This document shows positions 50,515 through 62,842 of a stretch of 64,000 nt of DNA, one piece after another. The position numbers and the translations under genes were made by a program. This stretch comes from Escherichia coli (GTDB taxonomy: Bacteria; Pseudomonadota; Gammaproteobacteria; Enterobacterales; Enterobacteriaceae). The stretch is taken from NCBI RefSeq assembly GCF_013122565.1, contig NZ_CP053258.1, one strand, 5' to 3'. Each line of letters begins with the position of its first letter. The stretch's first letter is position 1. The notes beneath the pieces were generated by a model that saw only the letters and a list, made by a program, of their open reading frames with translations, had not been told where the DNA came from and ran no database searches.

Positions 50515-51476
50515 TGCGTAGCGCGCAGGTATACCGCTGGCAGATCCCCATGGACGCGGGGGTGGTTCTGCGCGACAGGCGGTTAAAAACCCGCGACGGG
50601 CTGTACGTTTGCCTGCGTGAGGGCGAGCGCGAAGGGTGGGGGGAGATCTCCCCACTGCCGGGCTTCAGCCAGGAAACCTGGGAAGAGGCGCAAAGCGTGC
50701 TGCTTGCCTGGGTAAATAACTGGCTGGCAGGCGATTGCGAGCTACCGCAGATGCCTTCCGTGGCCTTTGGCGTAAGCTGTGCATTGGCAGAACTGACAGA
50801 TACTTTGCCGCAAGCAGCCAACTACCGTGCGGCACCGCTGTGTAATGGCGATCCGGACGATCTGATCCTCAAACTTGCCGATATGCCGGGCGAGAAAGTG
50901 GCGAAGGTCAAAGTGGGATTGTACGAAGCGGTGCGCGACGGCATGGTGGTGAATCTGTTGCTGGAGGCAATTCCGGATCTGCATTTGCGTCTTGACGCAA
51001 ATCGCGCCTGGACACCGCTGAAAGGTCAGCAGTTTGCCAAATACGTTAACCCGGATTATCGCGACCGCATCGCGTTTCTCGAAGAGCCGTGCAAAACCCG
51101 CGATGATTCGCGAGCGTTTGCCCGTGAAACCGGCATTGCCATTGCCTGGGATGAAAGCCTGCGCGAGCCGGATTTTGCCTTTGTGGCTGAAGAGGGCGTG
51201 CGCGCGGTAGTTATCAAACCCACGCTCACGGGCAGTCTGGAAAAAGTACGCGAGCAGGTACAGGCGGCGCACGCGCTGGGGCTGACGGCGGTGATCAGTT
51301 CTTCCATTGAATCGAGCTTAGGCTTAACGCAACTGGCGCGGATTGCCGCCTGGTTAACGCCGGACACCATTCCAGGGCTGGACACGCTGGATCTAATGCA
51401 GGCGCAGCAGGTACGTCGCTGGCCGGGTAGCACGCTGCCTGTCGTGGAAGTTGATGCACTGGAGCGGTTGTTATGA
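50514..51476 (+). CDS. menC: o-Succinylbenzoate synthase (320 aa)
   Basis: Enolase-superfamily protein; TAATG overlap with menB. Confidence 0.9.
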
Positions 51477-52828
51477 TCTTCTCTGACTGGCCGTGGCGTC
51501 ACTGGCGGCAAGTGCGGGGAGAAGCCATCGCCTTACGTCTTAATGACGAGCAACTCAACTGGCGCGAGCTTTGTGCTCGCGTCGATGAATTAGCCTCCGG
51601 ATTTGCGGTGCAGGGTGTGGTTGAGGGCAGCGGCGTGATGTTGCGGGCGTGGAATACGCCGCAAACGCTGCTCGCCTGGCTGGCGTTACTGCAATGCGGG
51701 GCGCGGGTGTTGCCCGTGAACCCTCAGCTGCCGCAACCGTTGCTTGAAGAATTGCTGCCCAATCTGACGCTGCAATTTGCGCTGGTGCCGGATGGGGAAA
51801 ACACGTTTCCGGCATTAACGTCGCTGCACATTCAGCGGGTTGAAGGCGCACATGCCGCTACGTGGCAGCCGACGCGTCTGTGCTCAATGACGTTGACCTC
51901 GGGTTCTACCGGGTTGCCGAAAGCCGCTGTCCATACTTATCAGGCCCATCTTGCCAGTGCCGAAGGGGTGTTATCGTTGATTCCGTTTGGCGATCACGAT
52001 GACTGGTTGCTCTCTTTACCGCTGTTTCACGTCTCCGGTCAGGGAATTATGTGGCGCTGGTTATACGCTGGTGCGCGGATGACGGTACGTGATAAACAAC
52101 CATTGGAGCAAATGCTGGCAGGCTGTACGCACGCTTCACTGGTGCCAACACAACTCTGGCGTTTGCTGGTTAACCGCAGTTCCGTTTCCCTGAAAGCGGT
52201 TTTACTTGGCGGCGCGGCGATCCCGGTCGAGTTGACGGAACAGGCGCGCGAGCAGGGGATTCGTTGCTTTTGCGGCTATGGTCTGACCGAGTTTGCCTCC
52301 ACGGTGTGTGCGAAAGAAGCCGACGGCCTGGCAGACGTTGGTTCGCCGCTGCCGGGTCGGGAAGTGAAAATCGTTAATAATGAAGTGTGGCTGCGGGCTG
52401 CCAGTATGGCAGAAGGTTACTGGCGTAACGGGCAACTGGTTTCACTGGTTAATGACGAAGGCTGGTACGCTACGCGCGATCGCGGTGAGATGCATAATGG
52501 CAAGCTGACCATTGTCGGACGTTTAGACAATCTATTCTTCAGTGGCGGAGAGGGTATTCAGCCGGAAGAAGTCGAGCGCGTAATTGCTGCACATCCTGCG
52601 GTTTTGCAGGTGTTTATCGTCCCCGTTGCCGACAAGGAGTTTGGTCATCGACCGGTGGCGGTGATGGAGTATGACCACGAGAGCGTTGATCTTAGTGAAT
52701 GGGTGAAAGATAAGCTGGCCCGTTTTCAGCAACCGGTGCGTTGGTTAACGTTGCCGCCTGAACTGAAAAACGGCGGTATTAAAATTTCACGTCAGGCGCT
52801 AAAAGAGTGGGTGCAACGTCAGCAATAA
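51473..52828 (+). CDS. menE: o-Succinylbenzoate-CoA ligase (451 aa)
   Basis: Adenylate-forming enzyme motif [10 protein letters not shown]; overlaps the menC stop. Confidence 0.9.
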
Positions 52829-52937
52829 TTAACCCTCCGTTTCACTTCTCATTTCAGCCATTCCATTGCCGTTGATAAAGAGTTTATCTGTTAATCTGTA
52901 AATTGATGTGAAAACTCTTAGCAAACAGGATAATGCA

Positions 52938-53204
52938 ATGGAATGGCTGGTCAAAAAATCGTGCTGCAATAAACAAGATAACAGACATGTACTTATGCTC
53001 TGCGATGCTGGCGGCGCGATAAAAATGATCGCCGAAGTGAAGAGTGACTTCGCCGTGAAAGTGGGGGATTTACTCTCACCTTTGCAGAATGCGCTTTACT
53101 GTATTAATCGTGAAAAGCTGCATACGGTGAAAGTCCTCTCTGCAAGCTGTTATAGCCCCGATGAGTGGGAACGGCAGTGTAAAGTGGCAGGGAAAACTCA
53201 GTAA
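52938..53204 (+). CDS. pmrD: Signal-transduction connector protein PmrD (88 aa)
   Basis: MEWLVKKS... recognised as PmrD; located between menE and the arn operon. Confidence 0.85.
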
Positions 53205-53584
53205 CGTTGTTTTGTCGTGGGCAGGAAAATCAACATCAACCCGCTCATAATACAGGCTACTCCCAGTAGTGCTTTCAGCGAAAAAGTCCCTTCCCAGCCG
53301 GGAAGTACCATTGAAGCAATCCATACCAGCACATAACTCATACTGAGCAAGGCATAGGCTTTGCTTAGCGCAAGTTTATGTAGCGTTTTATACCAACAAA
53401 AAACGGAAAGCAGATAACCCAGCAGCCCGAGTAACAGTATCCGGGCATCCAGCCCAAAAGCTAACAGCGCCGCGATAAAATCCCATAAGTGCGTCATCGG
53501 CGGCAGATGACTCGCCGCAAAACCCAGGCTTAACTGCGCAGCTGAGGCGATAATGACGCTGAATAATCCCCACATCAGGCCCAT
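53198..53584 (-). CDS. arnF: Undecaprenyl-phosphate-L-Ara4N flippase subunit ArnF (128 aa)
   Basis: Small four-helix membrane protein; start overlaps the arnE stop. Confidence 0.85.
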
Positions 53585-53919
53585 TACACCGTACTCCCGA
53601 GGATCACAATGCCGCCAATAATGAACGCTACCCCACACCAGTGACGCAGCGATACCGGCTCGTGCCACAGTTTTACTGCAGCCAGCGTCACCCAGACAAA
53701 ATTCAGACTTAACATCGGGTAGGCAATGCCTACCGGTACGTTCTGCAAGACCAGCAGCCAGAGCACCATGGCAAGGCCAAGACAAGCCAGCGCCAGTCCC
53801 AGCCACAGCACGATATGTTTGCGCCGTTTGTTTATCGCCACAAAGCAGGTTGCCTGTTTCTGACACAACTGCCCGGCAACGCTAAGCAAGCTGGCAAAGA
53901 CTAATGTTAGCCAGATCAT
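53584..53919 (-). CDS. arnE: Undecaprenyl-phosphate-L-Ara4N flippase subunit ArnE (111 aa)
   Basis: Small membrane protein; overlaps the arnT stop. Confidence 0.85.
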
Positions 53920-55568
53920 TTGGGACGATACTGAATCAGCACCAGACGCTCCTGACGATCGATGGCATCTGCGGGCGGAATGGCGAGACTGTTGATATCT
54001 TCATCGCGTTCAACCGAAAGCACGAGTGTAATAATCCCCTCCTGACGGTGTTGATTAAGCCAGTTTGCGAACTCATCACCGCTGACAAATCTCCCTTTCG
54101 CATCCGGATAATTAAGGCCGTATTTCAACTCACCTGTCTGGCGATACATGATGATGTCATCGCGTTGCAGGCTCCATGCCAGACCTGCGGCAACACCGAC
54201 GCTATCAGTAAGAATATAGCGGCTTGGCTGAAGTGATTCTTGTGTCATCTCGACAAAAAATTGCGGATGTTTTCCTTCCATGACTCTGTCAGGAATTGAA
54301 AATCCTACCAGCAACGCCAGCCCCAGCGGGCAAAGCGCGGCAAAAGACCAGGTCTTTTCGACGTTTGTTAAGGTGTACCAGCCGAAAAATGCCCATAGCG
54401 AAAAAATCGACCAGGCACAAAAGACTTTATAGCTCTCGAAGGTTTGCCACACCGGCGTGTTCATTGGTCCCCAGGGGGAGACCACAAATGTGGCAATAAT
54501 GCCAGTGACGCCAAAAGCGATGTTAATCCAGCCATTAATCCGCAGCGCCAGAGGATTATTTTTTGCTGCCAGCAAAGCGTAATGCGCCAACAGCATTGCC
54601 AGAGGTGCAAAGCAAGAAAGAATATAGGTGGGCAATTTGCCTTTAGCGACGGAGAAAAACAGCAGCGGCATTATCGTCCAGCTCAACAAATAGACGGTTG
54701 CGGAATGCTTGCGGTTTTTCCAGCCTGTGTACAGTGCACCGGGGAGTAATCCCAGCCACGGCAGGCTACCGGCAATGATGACCGGCACGTAGTACCAGAA
54801 CGGAGCTCTATGTTGGGCATCATCCAGTGCAAAGCGTTGAATATGCTCAACCCAGAAAAAATAGTGCCAGAAGTCAGGCTCCCGCTGCGCTATAGCCAGT
54901 CCCCAGGGGAGAACCGTCAGTACGCAACTGATAACCGCCAGCCAGCCGTAAATAAAGAGATCTTTCCAGCGTTTTTGCGTCGCTACCCATGGCAGCACGC
55001 TTAATACCGGCACGGCAAGGGCGAGAAAACCTTTGGTCATCACCCCCATGCCGCAGGTGATTCCCAGCAGTAAAAATCCTGCGCTTTTGCCTTTCCACGT
55101 CTGTGCCTGCATTGCCAGCCAGAAGCTGCACATTCCCGCCACCAGCCAGAATGCAATAAACGGATCGAGCACGGCATAAGTGCCGATGGCATAGACAATA
55201 AACAATGAGAGATAAATTACTGTGGCGAGTAGAGCCAGACGTTTATCGCGCCATAAGCGCAGAGTAAACCAGGTCACCAGCGCGGCAGTTAACAGGGTCG
55301 CAAAGATAACGCCTGCCCGCACACCAAAGTTATTCGCGCCAAATAGCCATTGCCCAATGCTGTTAATCCAGTATCCGGCAATGGGTTTTTCGAAATAACG
55401 TAGCCCTAACAGATGGGGCACAATCCAGTCGCCGGATGCCAGCATTTCCCGACTGATTTCCGCATAACGCGTTTCATCGGGTTGCCAGAGCAGTCGCGTG
55501 CTGATCGGTAACAGGTAATAGCAGGCAATAAACGCGAAGAGGCCGATAAGGTAACGTACCGATTTCAT
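53916..55568 (-). CDS. arnT: Lipid A 4-amino-4-deoxy-L-arabinose transferase ArnT (550 aa)
   Basis: Polytopic glycosyltransferase recognised as ArnT. Confidence 0.9.
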   Translation of the reverse strand: MKSVRYLIGLFAFIACYYLLPISTRLLWQPDETRYAEISREMLASGDWIVPHLLGLRYFEKPIAGYWINSIGQWLFGANNFGVRAGVIFATLLTAALVTWFTLRLWRDKRLALLATVIYLSLFIVYAIGTYAVLDPFIAFWLVAGMCSFWLAMQAQTWKGKSAGFLLLGITCGMGVMTKGFLALAVPVLSVLPWVATQKRWKDLFIYGWLAVISCVLTVLPWGLAIAQREPDFWHYFFWVEHIQRFALDDAQHRAPFWYYVPVIIAGSLPWLGLLPGALYTGWKNRKHSATVYLLSWTIMPLLFFSVAKGKLPTYILSCFAPLAMLLAHYALLAAKNNPLALRINGWINIAFGVTGIIATFVVSPWGPMNTPVWQTFESYKVFCAWSIFSLWAFFGWYTLTNVEKTWSFAALCPLGLALLVGFSIPDRVMEGKHPQFFVEMTQESLQPSRYILTDSVGVAAGLAWSLQRDDIIMYRQTGELKYGLNYPDAKGRFVSGDEFANWLNQHRQEGIITLVLSVERDEDINSLAIPPADAIDRQERLVLIQYRPK

Positions 55569-56458
55569 CAGCGACTACCCGCAATTTGTTGGCAACCCAG
55601 CCAGCCTTCACGTCCGGCAATATTTCCGCGAACAACTTGTCCGAGCGGCAACGTCCCTGATAACAGTTCGCTTAAAGGGCAAAATGTCACGCCTTCCTGA
55701 GCTGCGCGTTTGAGGAGATCCACAAAATTATGCTGATAAGCGCAGCCTTCAACTTCGGCATGAATGGTATAAACCGGCGTGCCTTTATCTCGCAGGATGC
55801 GGTTGAGTAACCAACCGTTAAAATCTTCTGCTTTCACATCCCGACCAATCACTTCATCCCAGGTGGGTAAGGTCACCGGAATTTGCGCAGTGCCAGGGTT
55901 TCCTGATTCGAGCAGTGGACGGAACGGCATGGCCCCACGACAATCGCTGTTGTAGCGCAAATGGAACGCTTCTTTTGCTTCGATCACCTGCTGGTCGGCA
56001 CGCCAGCCCGCAGCGGCAGAACAGGTTACCGGTTGACCGATAATCTCTTCCAGAGTGCGAAGGCCGCGTGCAATATCGTCGATCATTGTTTGCCGATCCC
56101 AGTTACCGCTACGGGCTTGCCAGGCATGGTGATCCCAGGCGTGCAGGCCGACTTCGTGATGTTTAGCCGCTTCACGAATGATATCGGCATTGGCATGACC
56201 AATCTCTTTACCTGGCCAGGCCGTACCTGCCAGTAAAATATCCCAGCCATAAAGCGATGCCGCGTTTGAGCGCAGCATCTTCCACAAAAACTGTGGCTTC
56301 ACCAGTCGCCAGAGATGGCGGCCCATATTGTCCGGGCCGACGCTGAAAAAAATGCTGGCCTGAATATTATGCTTACTCAAGATTTCCAGCAGACGCGGCA
56401 CGCCTTCACGGGTGCCACGAAAGGTATCGACATCAATGCGTAAGCCTACTTTGGTCAT
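55568..56458 (-). CDS. arnD: Undecaprenyl-phosphate-L-Ara4FN deformylase ArnD (296 aa)
   Basis: Polysaccharide-deacetylase-like sequence; ATGA overlaps at both ends. Confidence 0.9.
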   Translation of the reverse strand: MTKVGLRIDVDTFRGTREGVPRLLEILSKHNIQASIFFSVGPDNMGRHLWRLVKPQFLWKMLRSNAASLYGWDILLAGTAWPGKEIGHANADIIREAAKHHEVGLHAWDHHAWQARSGNWDRQTMIDDIARGLRTLEEIIGQPVTCSAAAGWRADQQVIEAKEAFHLRYNSDCRGAMPFRPLLESGNPGTAQIPVTLPTWDEVIGRDVKAEDFNGWLLNRILRDKGTPVYTIHAEVEGCAYQHNFVDLLKRAAQEGVTFCPLSELLSGTLPLGQVVRGNIAGREGWLGCQQIAGSR

Positions 56459-58436
56459 GATGGTTTATCCGTAAGATCAACGGTGCGCAGGAAGAAATCC
56501 AGCGTTTCGTCGATGGTTTCCTGCATATCAATTTTCGGCTCCCAGTCCAGGCAGCGGTGGGCATTGCGGATGCTCGGTTTACGATGCTCTACGTCCTGAT
56601 ATCCTTTTCCGTAGTAGCTGCTACTTTCGACAACGCGAAAGCCCGCAAACGGTGGGAAATGATGGCGCAGCGGATGTTTTTCGAAGCTCGCCAGCAGCAT
56701 CTCGCCCAGTTCCTCAATGCTCGCTTCGTTCTCAGGATTGCCAATGTTGATAATTTCGCCGTCGCAGCGATTTCCCGCATTTTCGATAATGCGGTATAAC
56801 GCCTCGATACCATCGCGAATATCAGTAAAGCAGCGTTTTTGTTTTCCGCCATCAATCAGCTTAATCGGTGAACCTTCTACCAGATTGAGAATGAGTTGCG
56901 TAATCGCGCGGGAGCTGCCAATTCGCGCTGCATTAAGGTTATCCAGTCGTGGTCCCATCCAGTTAAACGGGCGGAAGAGGGTGAACTGTAAACCCTCTTT
57001 TTCGCCATAGGCCCAGATAACCCGATCAAGTAATTGTTTTGACACCGAATAAATCCAGCGTGGTTTATTCACCGGGCCGACGATTAAATTAGAATGGTCC
57101 TCATCGAAGTATTTATCGCTACACATCCCATAAACTTCTGAAGTTGATGGGAAGATGATTCGCTTACGGTACTTCACGCAGTAGCGGATAATGCGCAGAT
57201 TCTCTTCAAAATCGAGTTCAAATACGCGCAGCGGGTTGCGGGTATATTCAATCGGCGTGGCTATCGCCACCAGCGGCAAGACGACATCACATTTTTTGAC
57301 GTGATACTCAATCCATTCGGAATGAATACTGATATCGCCTTCGACAAAGTGAAAATGCGGATGATTCAGAAAACGGCTTATCGCATCGCTGCCAATATCC
57401 AGACCGTAAACTTCATAATGATCTTCGCGCAGCAGGCGTTCTGTCAGATGGTTGCCAATAAAGCCATTTACCCCGAGGATGAGTACCCGGGTACGGCGTC
57501 GGGCGGCACAGGCAGGCTGGCTATTCAAGCGTGAACCTTGCACCAGGCCCAGCGTCTGCGCTAATTGCGAGCCCTGCATAGTAATGCCGTCGCCCGCCTG
57601 TCCGGTGACGATTTCCAGCGCGCCATCGCCACAGGCAATCAGCAGTGGCGCAACAGAAATCACGCTCCCCGGCTGCGCTGCGGATGTATGAGGATGTACG
57701 CGTGACGACCAGACGGTGAATTTCTGATTGCCAGCATAGCTGAAGGCACCCGGCCACGGATCGGCAACGGCGCGGACCATGTTATGCAATACGGCTGCCG
57801 GTTTGTGCCACTCGAGGAAGCTATCTTCTGGTGCTCTGCGACCAAAACAGGTGGCTTCGTTCTCGCGTTGGGCGATTTCCAGAATATTAACGTGTTTAAT
57901 GGCGGGTAATGTCTGTTCCAGTAGCTGGCGCGCGGCATGGCACAATTTATGATGCAGCGTAATAGCGATATCGTCTGGCGCAATGGCAATGCGCAGTTGC
58001 GCCACAATGGCCCCGGCATCGGCACGTGTCACCATTCGGTGCAATGTAACGCCCGTTTCCGTTTCACCGTTCACCAGCACCCAGTTCAGCGGCGCGCGAC
58101 CACGATATTTTGGTAACAGCGAACCATGCAGATTAAATGCACCTGCGGGAGCGAGCTGCAAAATTTCGTCGCAAATAAGATGGCGATAATAAAAAGAGAA
58201 AATCACATCTGGCGACAGTTGGGCAATGCGTTCCACCCACAGCGGATGATTAACGTCATCCGGCGCATAAACCGGAATGCCTCTTTCCGCCGCCAGACGA
58301 GCCACCGAACCATAAAAGGCTTTTTCACCGGGATTATCGGTATGGGTAAAAATGGCGCTAATTTCGTAACCGGCAGCCAGCAGGGCTTCAATACCGAGGC
58401 ATCCCATATCGTGGTAGGCAAAAACGACGGTTTTCA

Positions 58437-58437
<1 letters not shown>
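56455..58437 (-). CDS. arnA: Bifunctional UDP-glucuronate decarboxylase / UDP-Ara4N formyltransferase ArnA (660 aa)
   Basis: N-terminal formyltransferase half and C-terminal SDR half with [10 protein letters not shown]. Confidence 0.95.
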
Positions 58438-59408
<971 letters not shown>

Positions 59409-60566
59409 TTATTGTCCTGCGAGTTGCTGAAGGGCTGTGATGACACGGTCGGCATCGGCGGTGGTCATATCCGGGAACAGCGGCAAAGAACAGATGCGTT
59501 CGCTATTCCATTCGGTATTCGGTAACGACAGCGTGGGAAAACGCTCGCGATAATATTTTTGTGTGTGAGCGGCGCGGAAATGTAACCCGGTACCAATGCC
59601 TCTTTCTTTTAACGCTTCCATCAACGCATTTCGACTGATACCACAACGTTGTTCATCGACACGAATAATAAACAGATGCCAGGCGTGAACGTGCGGCCAG
59701 GCGGGAAGGCTTAATGGCTGAAAGGGGAGAGCTGCCAGTGCTTGCTGATATTGCAGGGCAATTTCGCGCCGACGGGTGTTGAGGTACTCTAATTTGGCTA
59801 ACTGTGTCATGGCAATCGCGGCGTTAATATCGGTCAGATTGTACTTATAGCCCGGCGTTAAGACTTCAGCCTGCGGTGCACGGCCCCAGGTTTGTCTGTC
59901 ATAGGCATCGACACCCAGACCGTGAAATTTCAACATCCGTAGCTGGCGGGCAAGATTTTCATTATCAGTAACAATCAGGCCACCTTCCGCACAGGTAATA
60001 TTTTTGATGGCGTGAAACGAAAAAATAGCGGTACCTTTTGCTCCAATATGTCGCCCTTTGTAATACGTACCGACGGCATGGGCTGCATCTTCGATAACTG
60101 CGATGCCGTAACGTTCGCCAAGGGCGCGAATGGCGTCAATATCTGCTGGCGCACCGGCATAATGCACCGGAATGATGGCTTTAGTGCGTGGCGTAATGGC
60201 TGACTCGATAGCTTCAGGCGTGACCATCAGCGTATCGCGGTCGACATCCACCATTACCGGCGTTGCACCCAACAAGGAGATCATATTGAGAGTTGAAACC
60301 CAGGTCAGGGAAGGCGTAATCACTTCATCACCCTTGCCAATTTCCAACGCCATTAGCGTGATATGCATTCCGGCGGTGGCTGAACTGACCGCGATGGCAT
60401 GCTGATTTCCCGTCAACTGGCAAAAGGCTTGCTCAAGCGCCTGATTCTTCGGACCGGTTGTGATCCAACCGGATTCGAGAACCTCTTTAACTGCAGCGAG
60501 TTCCTCCACGCCCATTGCTGGTCGCGAAAAAGGCAAAAATTCTGACATTGCTTTTCCTTCCGCCAT
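59409..60566 (-). CDS. arnB: UDP-L-Ara4O aminotransferase ArnB (385 aa from this ATG)
   Basis: PLP aminotransferase; first ATG is 60566 (MAEGK...); the track ORF begins at GTG 60581, and ATG 60548 with a GGAAGG Shine-Dalgarno is an alternative. Confidence 0.85.
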   Translation of the reverse strand: MAEGKAMSEFLPFSRPAMGVEELAAVKEVLESGWITTGPKNQALEQAFCQLTGNQHAIAVSSATAGMHITLMALEIGKGDEVITPSLTWVSTLNMISLLGATPVMVDVDRDTLMVTPEAIESAITPRTKAIIPVHYAGAPADIDAIRALGERYGIAVIEDAAHAVGTYYKGRHIGAKGTAIFSFHAIKNITCAEGGLIVTDNENLARQLRMLKFHGLGVDAYDRQTWGRAPQAEVLTPGYKYNLTDINAAIAMTQLAKLEYLNTRRREIALQYQQALAALPFQPLSLPAWPHVHAWHLFIIRVDEQRCGISRNALMEALKERGIGTGLHFRAAHTQKYYRERFPTLSLPNTEWNSERICSLPLFPDMTTADADRVITALQQLAGQ

Positions 60567-60646
60567 TGAATACCTGTCCACTTATATTTGCTATAAAGAG
60601 TGTTGTGTATATTTTGCCATTTGGAGCGAAATTTTAAGGATAGAAT

Positions 60647-60663
60647 ATTAACTTAACCTTAAG
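60647..60663 (-). promoter_or_regulatory. Candidate PmrA box upstream of arnB
   Basis: Minus-strand CTTAAG-GTTAA-GTTAAT resembles the YTTAAK-N5-YTTAAK PmrA/BasR direct repeat, about 80-100 bp upstream of arnB. Confidence 0.5.
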
Positions 60664-60855
60664 AAACTAATATTAGACGTAAATATTGAAATTTTTATAT
60701 TTTTTCTTATTTAGGCTTTGCATTTGGCAAAATTTTGAGGCATTTTGCCGACATCGTAGGATTTTTAATATTACACCAACTGCTAATTATCGCCAGAAAT
60801 GTCGCTCAATTTCACGGTAATTGTCTGGTTGCGCTTGTCTATAGGTGGAGTTTAC

Positions 60856-61458
60856 GTGTTAGCTTTTTGCCGCTCATCATTGAAGTCAAAAAAATATTTC
60901 ATCATTTTACTGGCGCTCGCTGCAATTGCCGGACTGGGTACTCATGCCGCCTGGAGTAGCAATGGTTTGCCACGTATCGACAATAAAACATTGGCCAGAC
61001 TGGCACAGCAGCACCCGGTTGTCGTTTTGTTTCGCCATGCTGAACGTTGCGATCGTTCAACTAATCAATGCTTGTCAGATAAAACAGGTATTACGGTCAA
61101 AGGTACCCAGGATGCCCGTGAACTGGGCAACGCTTTTAGTGCTGATATCCCTGATTTCGATCTTTATTCCAGTAATACCGTCCGGACCATTCAGTCGGCG
61201 ACATGGTTTTCAGCGGGTAAAAAGCTGACGGTAGATAAACGACTTCTTCAGTGCGGTAATGAGATTTATAGTGCAATTAAGGACTTACAAAGCAAAGCGC
61301 CTGATAAAAATATCGTTATTTTCACCCATAATCATTGCCTGACATATATTGCTAAAGATAAGCGTGATGCGACATTTAAACCCGATTATCTGGATGGTTT
61401 AGTCATGCATGTGGAAAAAGGCAAAGTTTATCTGGATGGGGAATTCGTTAATCAATAA
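60856..61458 (+). CDS. ais: LPS core heptose(II)-phosphate phosphatase Ais/PmrG (200 aa)
   Basis: Histidine-phosphatase RHAER motif; likely GTG start within the longer track ORF; divergent from arnB. Confidence 0.8.
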   Translation: MLAFCRSSLKSKKYFIILLALAAIAGLGTHAAWSSNGLPRIDNKTLARLAQQHPVVVLFRHAERCDRSTNQCLSDKTGITVKGTQDARELGNAFSADIPDFDLYSSNTVRTIQSATWFSAGKKLTVDKRLLQCGNEIYSAIKDLQSKAPDKNIVIFTHNHCLTYIAKDKRDATFKPDYLDGLVMHVEKGKVYLDGEFVNQ

Positions 61459-61469
61459 ATTTTCAATCT

Positions 61470-61489
61470 GACAGCCAGTAATGGCTGTC
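61470..61489. terminator. Hairpin between convergent ais and nudI (likely bidirectional terminator)
   Basis: GACAGCCA-gtaa-TGGCTGTC in the 38-bp gap between the two stop codons. Confidence 0.5.
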
Positions 61490-61496
61490 ATCATTG

Positions 61497-61922
61497 TTAC
61501 AGAAGACCTTTCAAACGTAACGTTTTTCGGGTGGCGACATTCAAATCATAGTGCGCCAGATCTTCAGGTTTTACCCACGCGTAGTCCTGAAACTCTTCGT
61601 TTATTTTCACTTCTCGGTTGGCAGAAACGCAGTCAAAAATCAGGTAAATCATATAAATCTCTTCCTTGCGACCATCTGCATACGTCTTGGTGCGAATATC
61701 ATCGCTGAAGGTCCACGGCGTGATTTCTGTCAAAAGCAGCTGTTCTCCCAGTTCTTCGCGAATTTCGCGGCGTAGTGCCTCTTCAATTCGTTCGCCAGGC
61801 TCCACGCCGCCACCCGAAAGCGCCCATTGACCGGGGAAAACGCCGCGATCGTCGGCCATTTTACACAGCAAATAAGCACCATCATTTTGAATCAAAGGGC
61901 ATACAATAGTCCGTTGTCGCAC
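61497..61922 (-). CDS. nudI: Nudix nucleoside-triphosphatase NudI (141 aa)
   Basis: Nudix box [26 protein letters not shown] start ([10 protein letters not shown]... in the track). Confidence 0.85.
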
Positions 61923-62200
61923 AGGGGTATTCCTTATAAATAAAAAGAAACCATGAGAATACGGTAACTCAGAAATATGTGAAAGTGACAGTAATCTCTT
62001 TTGCGATGATAACTGCACTTATTATTATTTTTGTGTGTATCGGTAAAGTGTGTTTATTTTTTCGGCGTTTAATTATTTAAGAAGTATTTAGTTACAATAA
62101 GTGACTAGATCCCTTTTTTCGCTCATTGAATCCTCTGTGCCAGGCAGTACAATCCCGCAGCTTTGGGAATTTTGATTAATTGCTTGTGGGAAAGGGGATA

Positions 62201-62743
62201 ATGAAAAAAATTGCGCTAGCAGGTCTGGTCGGAATGCTGTTGGTTTCTGCATCGGTCAATGCAATGAGCATCAGCGGTCAGGCGGGTAAAGAATACACCA
62301 ATATTGGTGTCGGTTTTGGGACTGAATCGACGGGTCTGGCGTTAAGCGGTAACTGGACACATAACGACGACGACGGTGACGTCGCGGGCGTGGGGCTGGG
62401 GTTGAATCTGCCTCTCGGGCCGTTAATGGCGACCGTTGGCGGAAAAGGCGTTTACACCAACCCGAATTACGGCGATGAAGGTTATGCCGCAGCGGTAGGA
62501 GGTGGTTTGCAGTGGAAAATTGGCAACAGCTTCCGTTTGTTTGGCGAGTATTACTACTCTCCGGATTCGCTCTCCAGCGGTATTCAAAGTTATGAGGAAG
62601 CGAATGCTGGCGCGCGTTACACCATTATGCGTCCAGTCAGTATTGAGGCGGGTTATCGCTACCTGAATCTGTCGGGTAAAGACGGTAACCGCGACAACGC
62701 AGTGGCTGACGGCCCGTATGTTGGGGTTAACGCCAGTTTCTGA
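62201..62743 (+). CDS. yfaZ: Putative outer-membrane beta-barrel protein YfaZ (180 aa)
   Basis: Signal peptide, alternating beta-strand pattern and a C-terminal aromatic residue. Confidence 0.85.
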   Translation: MKKIALAGLVGMLLVSASVNAMSISGQAGKEYTNIGVGFGTESTGLALSGNWTHNDDDGDVAGVGLGLNLPLGPLMATVGGKGVYTNPNYGDEGYAAAVGGGLQWKIGNSFRLFGEYYYSPDSLSSGIQSYEEANAGARYTIMRPVSIEAGYRYLNLSGKDGNRDNAVADGPYVGVNASF

Positions 62744-62842
62744 TCCCTTCCGGCGCGGCATTCTGTCGCGCCATTCAGTTTCTTACTACGCCTTATCTCC
62801 CTTTGCGTTATAGTGATTCGATAACAAAAGCAGGAGATAACC

